Positions 6,559-14,063 of a stretch of DNA of 31,338 bases are shown here, piece by piece. This DNA is from a virus (lineage: Duplodnaviria; Caudoviricetes), in the IMG/VR virus record IMGVR_UViG_3300020043_002028, positions 1-31,338 of that record; one strand, 5' to 3'. Position 1 is the first letter of the stretch. Each line of letters opens with the position of its first letter. The notes below the pieces were generated by a model. That model ran no database searches, was not told the origin of the DNA, and worked only from the letters and a program-made list of their open reading frames with translations. The translations under genes were made by a program, and so were the position numbers.

Positions 6559-6883
6559 TAGTTATTATATTAGATTTAAGCTCCTGAAAATGCTTTTTGA
6601 ATTCGTTATAAGGCACGTCTATTACAAGTGCGTTATCAATACCTTGCATAAGCGCTAAGGTGCGCTGGCCTACGTAGTAAGTGCCATCACTTCTAAATTC
6701 TACTTCAGCCTGGATGCCCACGCATTTGCGAGCGTCAAACATAAAAGGAATGTTTTCAGCATAGGTAGCCTCATTACCGATATCCTCGGTATAATTCCAC
6801 TGAATAATATAAGTGCTGCATAACTCAGGTAGCAGCTTCGCATTTAAATCTACTACTTCCTTTTTCTTTCTAAATAGATTCAT
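6533..6883 (-). CDS. Hypothetical protein
   Basis: 116-aa ORF overlapping the next gene. Confidence 0.8.
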   Translation of the reverse strand: MNLFRKKKEVVDLNAKLLPELCSTYIIQWNYTEDIGNEATYAENIPFMFDARKCVGIQAEVEFRSDGTYYVGQRTLALMQGIDNALVIDVPYNEFKKHFQELKSNIITNDYIISRG

Positions 6884-6897
6884 ACGCTATAATTAAT

Positions 6898-6923
6898 AAA
6901 AAAGCCCAGCGTTATGCTGAGCT
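6898..6923 (-). terminator. Intrinsic terminator ending the early operon
   Basis: Minus strand AGCTCAGCA-TAA-CGCTGGGC followed by a T6 run, downstream of the MTase. Confidence 0.75.
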
Positions 6924-6949
6924 CTCTTATTAGATAGTGGAAGAAATGC

Positions 6950-7861
6950 TTAAAATAATTTCAGTTGTGCCTTTTCTCGTGCATCCATTTCAGCAATTAC
7001 CTTGAAAATTTCATAAGCTACTTGCGGAACGATAGCATTTCCATATCCTTTTATAGATTCTGCTCTCCATTTAGAAAAGGTAATTCCGTCCAATTCGGTG
7101 GGAAGCCCATCATCTCCGCCACAAATCGGGGATTGAGTTGGGAATCTTTCGAATGATAGTTCTTCTCTCCTTCTTCCATTTGACAATAAATTGATTTCAT
7201 TGATACTCTTCTCGTTGGAAAATTGTCCAATGAGTTCGGAGGATACGCTCCCTTTGAGTCGCTCACTGTTGGTGTTGGTAACAATCCGCTCTTCGCTAAA
7301 TCGTGAAGGCCCGCTGAATATGTGTTGTTTTTCTGCTTGCCTATTACTATCTGCGCTCCGCCTTGAATTACTGTCGGAGTAGGCAATAAACCAAACTCTA
7401 TCTCTTCGGTGTGGCGCACCGACGGCACAAGCTGGCAAAAGTATCGGTTGTACGGTGTACCCTTGAGCTTCCAAGTCAGTGCACACTTCCTCGAAGACCA
7501 CTCCCCCATTCCAATTAGTAAGTCCACGAACGTTTTCGCCCACAACGTAGGTTGGTTTAACTTCTGAAATGACTCTGAGCATATGCGGCCAGAGGTGTCG
7601 CTCGTCCTCTTTCCCAAGTCGCTTACCTGCGCTTGAATAAGGTTGGCATGGGAATCCACCGGTAAGGATGTCAATTGTTCCTCGGTGAATAGTGAAATCT
7701 GTTTTTGTGATGTCTTCATAACTTATAGAATTAGGCCAATAATGATTTAAAACTTTGCGTGGAAATGGCATCCATTCGCAGTGAAAGATGTTATCCCATC
7801 CCATCCATTCGGCAGCTAAATCGAATCCACCGATTCCGCTGAATAATGAGCCATGATTCAC
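6950..7861 (-). CDS. DNA cytosine-5 methyltransferase, alpha polypeptide (lacks motif IX)
   Basis: Motif I LFSGIGG, IV GFPCQPYS, VI ENV, VIII HRRDRVW, X YGNAIVPQVA; GTG start. Confidence 0.93.
   Translation of the reverse strand: MNHGSLFSGIGGFDLAAEWMGWDNIFHCEWMPFPRKVLNHYWPNSISYEDITKTDFTIHRGTIDILTGGFPCQPYSSAGKRLGKEDERHLWPHMLRVISEVKPTYVVGENVRGLTNWNGGVVFEEVCTDLEAQGYTVQPILLPACAVGAPHRRDRVWFIAYSDSNSRRSADSNRQAEKQHIFSGPSRFSEERIVTNTNSERLKGSVSSELIGQFSNEKSINEINLLSNGRRREELSFERFPTQSPICGGDDGLPTELDGITFSKWRAESIKGYGNAIVPQVAYEIFKVIAEMDAREKAQLKLF
7051..7719 (-). CDS. Nested alternative-frame MTase beta polypeptide (motif IX donor)
   Basis: 222-codon ORF entirely inside the MTase gene, with two LLPTPT repeats and C-terminal LNPRFVAEMMGFPPNWTE (motif IX-like). 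Confidence 0.8.
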   Translation of the reverse strand: MKTSQKQISLFTEEQLTSLPVDSHANLIQAQVSDLGKRTSDTSGRICSESFQKLNQPTLWAKTFVDLLIGMGEWSSRKCALTWKLKGTPYNRYFCQLVPSVRHTEEIEFGLLPTPTVIQGGAQIVIGKQKNNTYSAGLHDLAKSGLLPTPTVSDSKGAYPPNSLDNFPTRRVSMKSIYCQMEEGEKNYHSKDSQLNPRFVAEMMGFPPNWTELPFLNGEQNL

Positions 7862-8052
7862 AGCTTCTCCTCCCGAATCTCTATTCTAAACAAGTCTTTA
7901 AGAATCTCTATCTCATGATCCTTAAAGTTGCTTATGCCCTGCTCTCTGAGGCAGTAATTACTTTGCTCTATGCCTAACTTGTATGCCAGGTAGTCTTGCT
8001 TATATCCGTAGAATAGTCTATAGCATTTAATTGATTTATGGAATGGTATCAT
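7858..8052 (-). CDS. XRE/Cro-type HTH protein
   Basis: IKCYRLFYGYKQDYLAYKLGIEQSNYCLREQG fits the XRE HTH pattern. Confidence 0.8.
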   Translation of the reverse strand: MIPFHKSIKCYRLFYGYKQDYLAYKLGIEQSNYCLREQGISNFKDHEIEILKDLFRIEIREEKL

Positions 8053-8795
8053 TTTTCTCCTTTGTTAAGTTGTTTAATAATGTCAATGTAAACTATTCGG
8101 CTCAGCTCTATCTTTTGCAAGCCATCGAATTCAGCCTGTGCGCTTTCACCTAAGATAACTTTGTTACTTGCCTTGAATTTAGCCTCTACCTTTTGCTTGG
8201 CTATATCTTCAAATCTTGCCCATACCTCAGGTTCCCACATAGATTTCTTATAGATGCCTTGGCGAAATAAGCGCTGGCAGTTGTACGGTGCAGATATCTC
8301 TACCCACGTTTGCTTACCATTCTTATACCTTTCTGCATCAGCATGCAAGTCATCTATAGGATTAGTAGGAGTGTATTCACGAGGCTCAGATTCAGGCAAG
8401 ATAAGCGCTTTATTTAGCTCTCGCCATACTTTACTCTTATATTCCTCATAACGCTTAAGCACATCGGCCATAAAGCTTATGCTGAATAGATTAAAAGCCT
8501 CTACTCTTTCGAAGTCTTTGCCTATAGCATTGTACAGGAAGGCATTCTGCCAATCCTTAATTGTTGTACTTCGATACGTAGTTTGTGTAAGTTGCTGAAG
8601 CAGAGTTACTTCTATATCTGAAGGTAAAGCTTTAATAGAATTGATTACAGCAGCCTGCGCTATAAGCTCTCTAAATTCCTGCTCAGATAAAGAATGTAGC
8701 TTAGGTGAGCTAATACACTCAGCTATAGCTCTCTCTTCAGCGCTTAGTGAACGACTGAAGCTCTGATGTGCTAATGCGCCCAATCTTTTGCTCAT
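8049..8795 (-). CDS. Hypothetical protein, possibly replication-associated
   Basis: 248-aa ORF directly after the initiator-C-terminus-like gene; role inferred from position only. Confidence 0.7.
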   Translation of the reverse strand: MSKRLGALAHQSFSRSLSAEERAIAECISSPKLHSLSEQEFRELIAQAAVINSIKALPSDIEVTLLQQLTQTTYRSTTIKDWQNAFLYNAIGKDFERVEAFNLFSISFMADVLKRYEEYKSKVWRELNKALILPESEPREYTPTNPIDDLHADAERYKNGKQTWVEISAPYNCQRLFRQGIYKKSMWEPEVWARFEDIAKQKVEAKFKASNKVILGESAQAEFDGLQKIELSRIVYIDIIKQLNKGEK

Positions 8796-9060
8796 CTTCT
8801 TTAGATTTTTGTTGGTTAGTATCTCTTGCTTTCCATTGATCTGCAGCAGCTCGCCAGCTCTTCATGGAATTTCTACCTACCTTCCATCCATTACTCTCGT
8901 AGAATGTGTAAAAGCGCTTAGCTAATACTACATCTTGAGTGTATTCGATGATGTCGGCAAGTGATGGAGGAGTGAATTTAGTAGAGGCTGCACGCTTAGA
9001 TTCAAGCGCTCGTACCCTCTCTTCAAGCGCTTCAATGCGCTTTAATAAGATTGTTGTCAT
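8737..9060 (-). CDS. Protein resembling the C-terminal domain of phage replisome organizers
   Basis: FTPPSL...RFYTFYESNGWKVGRNSMKSWRAA motif preceded only by a short coiled coil. Confidence 0.7.
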   Translation of the reverse strand: MTTILLKRIEALEERVRALESKRAASTKFTPPSLADIIEYTQDVVLAKRFYTFYESNGWKVGRNSMKSWRAAADQWKARDTNQQKSKEDEQKIGRISTSELQSFTKR

Positions 9061-9074
9061 TTGGTTTAAGATTA

Positions 9075-9512
9075 TTAATTATTGAGCAAATATAGAAGAA
9101 ATCTCTTCCACCAAGGTAGTGCAACTGCTTTTTTTACTCTTGGCTTAGGATCTCGCTGAGGCATGTTCACCAATCCAAGCATATCAGTATCTGCTTTAGG
9201 TAACTCGTTGTAACCGGTTACTAATTTACGCTTTGCAATTTTGGTCTGATGGTATTTCTTTTGAAAATCCATTATTCTATAATAATCTTTTCGCTCCAAT
9301 TTAGGTTTAACTACTACTACAGTTCTGCCATTTAATCTGACAAGAATTCTTGCATCTACTAAATATTTACCCATTGAGCCCTTTAAGCCTACGGCATGTA
9401 AAGCATAGCTTAATTTCTGCCCTTCCTGCACTAAGTCAATTACTTTTTGTAATCTCTGCATAGTTACAGGCTCACTCTTTCTTTTGTCGAATTGAATTGT
9501 GGTTTGTTTCAT
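9075..9512 (-). CDS. Hypothetical basic protein
   Basis: 145-aa ORF with an A-rich start region. Confidence 0.75.
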   Translation of the reverse strand: MKQTTIQFDKRKSEPVTMQRLQKVIDLVQEGQKLSYALHAVGLKGSMGKYLVDARILVRLNGRTVVVVKPKLERKDYYRIMDFQKKYHQTKIAKRKLVTGYNELPKADTDMLGLVNMPQRDPKPRVKKAVALPWWKRFLLYLLNN

Positions 9513-9529
9513 GATTATTGATTTTAAGA

Positions 9530-10030
9530 TTATTGAGTTAATTTATAAAACACTTTATTGAGATGCTCGTTATTGAGATGGCCAAGAATCTCCTCTACCT
9601 TCTCTCTGTAGACTCTATCAGTCTGAATCATATTATCTACGTGGCTGATTGCATACAGAATAGTAGAGTGATCTCTAACGAATATAGCACCGATGTTATG
9701 CAGGCTCATGCTGGTACCGTGTCGAATAACCCACATGCATATCTGCCTGATATCGTTAATCTCACGCACTCGGCTTCTGCCTTTTAAGTTAGGCCAATCT
9801 GTGTAGCCCTTATCTAAAAGAATCTCAAGCATTCGATTAGCCTTAGCCTCATTCATGCTCTCGGCTATTCCATTAATTGACTTCCATTTGAGCTCAGGGA
9901 TGTTACTGTTGTTTACAGCTCTTACCAGGTTATCTATTCTTCTACGTGCATTCTGCTGCATTTCAGAAGGAATAAGCAGCAGGATATCTGCTATCTTTCT
10001 ATCTATTACTTTACTCATCTTGACCTCCAT
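9530..10030 (-). CDS. DnaA domain IV (DnaA-box-binding HTH) protein, no AAA+ domain
   Basis: GRSRVREINDIRQICMWVIRHGTSMSLHNIGAIFVRDHSTILYAISHV matches the DnaA C-terminal signature. Confidence 0.88.
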   Translation of the reverse strand: MEVKMSKVIDRKIADILLLIPSEMQQNARRRIDNLVRAVNNSNIPELKWKSINGIAESMNEAKANRMLEILLDKGYTDWPNLKGRSRVREINDIRQICMWVIRHGTSMSLHNIGAIFVRDHSTILYAISHVDNMIQTDRVYREKVEEILGHLNNEHLNKVFYKLTQ

Positions 10031-10235
10031 ATGTTTCGTTGTAGTATTGTTCCCCTGAAAAATTTAACTTATACTTATCACCTTGTTCATAAGCATCAAT
10101 AATCTGCTCCTCCTCCATTTGCTTGGCTTGTTGGAATTTAAGTTCCACTTCTTCCCACAACTCAGGAGTTATGTCGTGGAATATTATATTTAGTTCAAGC
10201 CCTAACCATTCAACCGCAGTTTGTTTCTTTTCCAT
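10011..10235 (-). CDS. Small hypothetical protein (KQTAVEWL type), paralog of 711-947
   Basis: 74 aa, shares motifs with 711-947. Confidence 0.8.
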   Translation of the reverse strand: MEKKQTAVEWLGLELNIIFHDITPELWEEVELKFQQAKQMEEEQIIDAYEQGDKYKLNFSGEQYYNETYGGQDE

Positions 10236-10237
10236 AG

Positions 10238-10438
10238 TTATTTAGTTTTTAAGTTTTTGATTTCTTGTTTCACTTCTTGCCAATAAGTTACTTCACCTTG
10301 TGTATCATTGTAAAATGATGCTAAGTTTAATATCTCATCTACTACAATTAATGCGCTTTCTATGGCAATTTGTTTAGTTTCCGCACCTTTAAATACAAAT
10401 TTCGTAAATAAATCTTCAGCTTTTTCTTGTGGTGTCAT
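10238..10438 (-). CDS. Small hypothetical protein
   Basis: 66-aa ORF, tightly packed between neighbours. Confidence 0.8.
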   Translation of the reverse strand: MTPQEKAEDLFTKFVFKGAETKQIAIESALIVVDEILNLASFYNDTQGEVTYWQEVKQEIKNLKTK

Positions 10439-10440
10439 AG

Positions 10441-10566
10441 TTATAATGTTGAGATTTTAAAGAATACAATTATAAATGTTATTACTATTGCTACAATAGA
10501 TAATTCTAACACAAGAGATGGGTCTTCTTGAGTTTTTGAGTAATCGTCATACTTATTCTTTTCCAT
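10441..10566 (-). CDS. 41-aa single-TM protein
   Basis: Manual translation MEKNKYDDYSKTQEDPSLVLELSIVAIVITFIIVFFKISTL*; fills the gap exactly. Confidence 0.65.
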   Translation of the reverse strand: MEKNKYDDYSKTQEDPSLVLELSIVAIVITFIIVFFKISTL

Positions 10567-10568
10567 AG

Positions 10569-10808
10569 TTATTTAGTTTTAGAGTCATTCATTAATTCCA
10601 GTATGTATGGTATCTCTTCCTCAGTGATATTAGCAAGCTTGCCTATGTGCGTTACCTTCATAGTGAATGGCTGCTTAATAAATTTCTGAGCTGTGGGGTA
10701 ACTTACCTCAAGCACTTCAGCGAACTGAGCCACAGTCACAAAGTGACTGCGAACCCAGCTATGAAATGGAGTAAGCTTAGAATGGCATTTCATCATCTGC
10801 TGCTTCAT
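10569..10808 (-). CDS. Cro-like HTH protein
   Basis: TVAQFAEVLEVSYPTAQKFIKQP HTH pattern. Confidence 0.7.
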   Translation of the reverse strand: MKQQMMKCHSKLTPFHSWVRSHFVTVAQFAEVLEVSYPTAQKFIKQPFTMKVTHIGKLANITEEEIPYILELMNDSKTK

Positions 10809-11391
10809 CTAATTTAGTATTAATTGGTGAACTAACTTTTACCTCTTCCTCTTTAAGCCATGCTAAGAATATCTCGGCAGCCTCTAACACATCACTCGGC
10901 TTCTTGTTGTCTTTACTTGCATTGCAGAATAATACTGCGTTATTTAATGCTACTGATCTGCTGATAGAGTTCTGCACCTCAGGTGATTCTTTGCGCGGAG
11001 TATATCCTGATTGTACTATGCCTTTCCCTGCTCCATTAAATGGATTAGGATTCTGCAATTTAAAGTTAGTGCTCTTACGGCCTGTTGGTCCAGTGCGTTC
11101 TTCACTTGTGTAGTGAATGGTAGCGCCTACTGCAATCTTTGGGCTCTGCATATCCTTTACACCTACTTGGCCTACCTCTCCATTCTCTAAAACTAAATCG
11201 AAGTAATAGATTGTACCTGATGGGCCATTCCAATCTCTAACGAATTTCTGACTTTTTACTACTGACTGATTCATAACTGTTTTGTTTTTATTTATGTATT
11301 TACTTAATTTTTCTGCTAACTTTTCTTCCTGCTCATCCCAATCAATTGATGGCTTGAGCTTATCCCAATTAGGTTCACGGTTGTAACTCAT
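10777..11391 (-). CDS. Putative single-stranded DNA-binding protein (start possibly 11274)
   Basis: Beta-rich N-domain and acidic C-tail DDEMPF; internal ATG at 11274 with an A-rich upstream region. Confidence 0.7.
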   Translation of the reverse strand: MSYNREPNWDKLKPSIDWDEQEEKLAEKLSKYINKNKTVMNQSVVKSQKFVRDWNGPSGTIYYFDLVLENGEVGQVGVKDMQSPKIAVGATIHYTSEERTGPTGRKSTNFKLQNPNPFNGAGKGIVQSGYTPRKESPEVQNSISRSVALNNAVLFCNASKDNKKPSDVLEAAEIFLAWLKEEEVKVSSPINTKLDEAADDEMPF

Positions 11392-11545
11392 GGGGATTAT
11401 TCATAAAATGTGCTCTCCAATTCTCATAGGCTGTAGTGCCCTTAGCATATTGAAGATGCTGTACTATTTCATTGTAGCTGAGTGACTCTCCCATCACTGA
11501 ACTCTGCACGCAGATGAATCTGCTTTTAGCGCGATCAGATAACAT
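11375..11545 (-). CDS. Small hypothetical protein (MLSDRAKSRF...)
   Basis: ORF track gives 11375-11620; the start at 11545 avoids a long overlap with the upstream gene. Confidence 0.6.
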   Translation of the reverse strand: MLSDRAKSRFICVQSSVMGESLSYNEIVQHLQYAKGTTAYENWRAHFMNNPHELQP

Positions 11546-11768
11546 AGCGGTCAGACATAAAGTAATCGTGCACATTGTTTTCATCTTCGCTTTCGAACTG
11601 GTATAAGAAAGTACCATCATCAGGGAATACCTCCCCGTGCTTTTTAGCTGTTGAGAAATCAGTTAGAGAGTAACTGTGAGCAGATGTGTAAAGCTGCCAT
11701 TTGCATCCTTCGGCATCCCACCGAGATACAATTACCCTTCCGGTAATGTTGTTGTTTGGTTTATTCAT
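11535..11768 (-). CDS. Early hypothetical protein
   Basis: 77-aa ORF in the early operon. Confidence 0.75.
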   Translation of the reverse strand: MNKPNNNITGRVIVSRWDAEGCKWQLYTSAHSYSLTDFSTAKKHGEVFPDDGTFLYQFESEDENNVHDYFMSDRYVI

Positions 11769-11790
11769 GATTATTAATTAAGTTGCTAAT

Positions 11791-12021
11791 TTAAGAAAGT
11801 TTTTCTATTTCTATTAAAAATCCTTCACCTTCTATAGAATATTCAGTAAACTCCTCTTGAAATGGCAGAGTCTCTTGAAAGTTGTAAAGGTCAAATAGCA
11901 TGAGTGCCATCTGCTGAGCTACTTCAAAGGTCTCAGCTTCGAATTGTGTAGGAATCTTTAAGCGGCTGTATAAGCTGATTCTATCTTCGCGTAATGGAGT
12001 AACTTTTAAAACGTAGCTCAT
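11791..12021 (-). CDS. Early hypothetical protein
   Basis: 76-aa ORF coupled to the upstream gene. Confidence 0.75.
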   Translation of the reverse strand: MSYVLKVTPLREDRISLYSRLKIPTQFEAETFEVAQQMALMLFDLYNFQETLPFQEEFTEYSIEGEGFLIEIEKLS

Positions 12022-12200
12022 AACTCTACCTCCTTACTTACTAAGACTGTAGTAGTCTCTCTGAAGTTAATAGCCAGCGTGTACTCAGCAAAAGCTTCAT
12101 CGTAGGTATCAAATACTTTAGTGTAGCTGCCATTAATTTTTAAGTAATAGCGAGTGCCATCATACTTGGCTACTTCAACAATTTCAAAAAGTGTTTTCAT
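12018..12200 (-). CDS. Early hypothetical protein
   Basis: 60-aa ORF with ATGA overlaps. Confidence 0.75.
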   Translation of the reverse strand: MKTLFEIVEVAKYDGTRYYLKINGSYTKVFDTYDEAFAEYTLAINFRETTTVLVSKEVEL

Positions 12201-12310
12201 TTGCTTATGTGATTAGGTTGTAATTCTAATTTCTGAGTATCTGCATCGAATGATCCTCCGATGAGTAAGCCTGCTATTAGCATGGCGAGAAAGAGTAGTG
12301 CTTTTTTCAT
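12197..12310 (-). CDS. 37-aa membrane or secreted peptide, first gene of the early operon
   Basis: Manual translation MKKALLFLAMLIAGLLIGGSFDADTQKLELQPNHISK*; ATGA overlap with the next gene. Confidence 0.7.
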   Translation of the reverse strand: MKKALLFLAMLIAGLLIGGSFDADTQKLELQPNHISK

Positions 12311-12332
12311 TTGCTTATTGATTTAATTTTAG

Positions 12333-12363
12333 CAAATGTACTACTATATTTTAGAAAAGCAAA
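12333..12363 (-). promoter_or_regulatory. Consensus Bacteroidota primary-sigma promoter (major early promoter)
   Basis: TTTG (12363-12360) - 19 nt - TACATTTG (12340-12333); near-DnaA box TTATTAACA at 12389-12397. Confidence 0.85.
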
Positions 12364-12410
12364 AGAAACCTTACTAATTATAGCAAAGTTATTAACAAAG
12401 ATTTGTTAGT

Positions 12411-12809
12411 TTAGAAAAATAGAGTGAAGATAATCCCTCCGATAAATGAGATAGGAATACCTATAAGCGCAGCGCTGCGCCAAGATTCTTTACGTGCAGC
12501 TTCGGTAGATAGCTCTTGCTGAGCTTTAACTAACTGCTGTGATGTCTTTTCGTTAGTAAGCGCCCAAGCTTCTATAGTCTTAGCCTGATCCTTAATAACA
12601 ATAGATGAAATGCTATCAGATTTAGATAGAGTAATAAACTGAGTTTTAAGATAATCGCGCTCGGCTTTAAGCTTAAGTAAAGCTCTTACTTCCTTAGTCG
12701 TTAGACTGACCAGGGTATCTCTCACCGGTAAGCTCTGCGAGTAAAGAGTGCATGGCTCTGCGAAGGCCGTTCCTATCAAGAGAATCAATAGCATTAAGAT
12801 TTGCTTCAT
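12411..12809 (-). CDS. Lysis-module membrane protein (spanin-like partner)
   Basis: Signal-like N-terminus, coiled coil and C-terminal TM; overlaps the upstream TM/coiled-coil gene by 116 nt. Confidence 0.55.
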   Translation of the reverse strand: MKQILMLLILLIGTAFAEPCTLYSQSLPVRDTLVSLTTKEVRALLKLKAERDYLKTQFITLSKSDSISSIVIKDQAKTIEAWALTNEKTSQQLVKAQQELSTEAARKESWRSAALIGIPISFIGGIIFTLFF

Positions 12810-13068
12810 AGATTTGTGTATTACGTTCTAACTGCTGATTTAATTCCTCTATCTGAAGCATGCGCTGGGTATTGGTAGCCTCTAAGCTATCGATAACGTG
12901 AGTTGCTCTTTCAGCTCTGCGCTCATAGCCTTCTAAAGCTTTCTCATCTTGTTTAATACGAATGTACATGAGCTGAATAATCATGCAGATACCTACAGCA
13001 GCGAGTATAATTACAGCTGCTTTAATTTGATCCTTCGTCTGTTGTGTCATTAGATTTCTTTTTGTCAA
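12694..13068 (-). CDS. Putative inner-membrane spanin (Rz-like)
   Basis: N-terminal TM plus coiled coil, downstream of the holin-like genes. Confidence 0.55.
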   Translation of the reverse strand: MTKRNLMTQQTKDQIKAAVIILAAVGICMIIQLMYIRIKQDEKALEGYERRAERATHVIDSLEATNTQRMLQIEELNQQLERNTQIYEANLNAIDSLDRNGLRRAMHSLLAELTGERYPGQSND

Positions 13069-13267
13069 AGATAGACTCTATCACAGTAAGTCCCAAGCCT
13101 CCTCCTGCTAAAATAAGCAAGCCGTCAAACATGTATTCAGGAGTCTTGTATTCAGTGAACGTTCCGATGTAGGATAAGTTAATGCAAACAAGTAACGCTA
13201 AGATAGATGCAACGCGTTTACTACTTGCATCTCCCTCATTACTGAATATGCTTTTCAGCCATTTCAT
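13022..13267 (-). CDS. Putative holin (2 TM)
   Basis: ASSKRV followed by two hydrophobic helices and a charged tail; in the lysis cassette. Confidence 0.65.
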   Translation of the reverse strand: MKWLKSIFSNEGDASSKRVASILALLVCINLSYIGTFTEYKTPEYMFDGLLILAGGGLGLTVIESIFDKKKSNDTTDEGSN

Positions 13268-13437
13268 CTACTCTTCTTATTCATCTTGTAGATGGTAAAG
13301 ATTGAAGCTACACCTGATAAGATTAAGCAAATAATCTTGAGCGCGAATTCTATATCTAACATCCATGCAGGCACGCTTAACAAAATACTGCTAATAGTAC
13401 CGGTTACTCCTTCGGCTATTTGTTGTTTACTGCTCAT
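13264..13437 (-). CDS. 57-aa holin/antiholin-like membrane protein
   Basis: Manual translation MSSKQQIAEGVTGTISSILLSVPAWMLDIEFALKIICLILSGVASIFTIYKMNKKSR*. Confidence 0.7.
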   Translation of the reverse strand: MSSKQQIAEGVTGTISSILLSVPAWMLDIEFALKIICLILSGVASIFTIYKMNKKSR

Positions 13438-13972
13438 GTAATAGAGTGTAAGTAAATGACTTTTTATTCGACTTAATACACGCTTGAATTAACTCTTTAA
13501 ACTGCTTAGGATTATTAAGCACTTGGCAGCCTGCGCTCCACTTATCTATATTTTTTGATTCAGCAGATTCATTAGCTCTGTGGATGTTAATACCAAATAA
13601 GCCCGTTTCCTCTTTTCCTTGCTCCTCAGCTATACTATCTTTATCAGCATCTCTATAGACTGTAACTTTCTTAGCTTGCTTTAATGCAGTGTACTTGCCT
13701 TGGTGCAAGCCTATGACGTAAGTATCTACGTATTGCCCTGCCTTAAGTACTGCTGTGCCTACAGAATTGATAGGATTATTAAGCCAAAAAGTACCAGGAT
13801 TAGTAGTGCCGGTATACCAGCTTACCTGATCCCCTTGCACCAAGCCTATTAGGTCATCAAATTTATTAGGCTCATTCGCTTTGCTGCGAATTCCTACTAT
13901 GTGAATAGATGGCCATTTATAGCCAAGCTCTGTGAATTGAGCTTTAAGCTCTTCTACTGTTGGTGCTTTCAT
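13427..13972 (-). CDS. Putative endolysin with an L,D-transpeptidase-like His/Cys motif
   Basis: GINIH-x14-SAGCQV; directly upstream of the holin- and spanin-like genes. Confidence 0.6.
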   Translation of the reverse strand: MKAPTVEELKAQFTELGYKWPSIHIVGIRSKANEPNKFDDLIGLVQGDQVSWYTGTTNPGTFWLNNPINSVGTAVLKAGQYVDTYVIGLHQGKYTALKQAKKVTVYRDADKDSIAEEQGKEETGLFGINIHRANESAESKNIDKWSAGCQVLNNPKQFKELIQACIKSNKKSFTYTLLHEQ

Positions 13973-14057
13973 TCTTTCTTAATTCTTTGTCGCGTTTAGA
14001 TAAATAAACTTTAAGCTTGCGCTCATAGTCTTTACGTGTTTTCTCTTCCTTTGTCAT
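13944..14057 (-). CDS. 37-aa basic peptide
   Basis: Manual translation MTKEEKTRKDYERKLKVYLSKRDKELKKNESTNSRRA*; fills the intergenic gap. Confidence 0.55.
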   Translation of the reverse strand: MTKEEKTRKDYERKLKVYLSKRDKELRKNESTNSRRA

Positions 14058-14063
14058 CCTTTA

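Larger units (their letters stand above)
10225..10580. repeat. 25-bp perfect direct repeat flanking two small genes
   Basis: TTCTTTTCCATAGTTATTTAGTTTT at 10225-10249 and 10556-10580. Confidence 0.9.

Noticed and set aside
7858-8052. CI repressor or lysogeny module
   Set aside because: Short HTH with no peptidase domain, co-oriented inside the early operon; no integrase or partition gene seen.
9530-10030. Bacterial dnaA (host chromosome sequence)
   Set aside because: Only domain IV is present, with no AAA+ Walker motifs, and it is embedded among phage genes.
11546-11620. 5' extension of ORF 11375-11620
   Set aside because: It overlaps the upstream gene extensively; the ATG at 11545 is more plausible.
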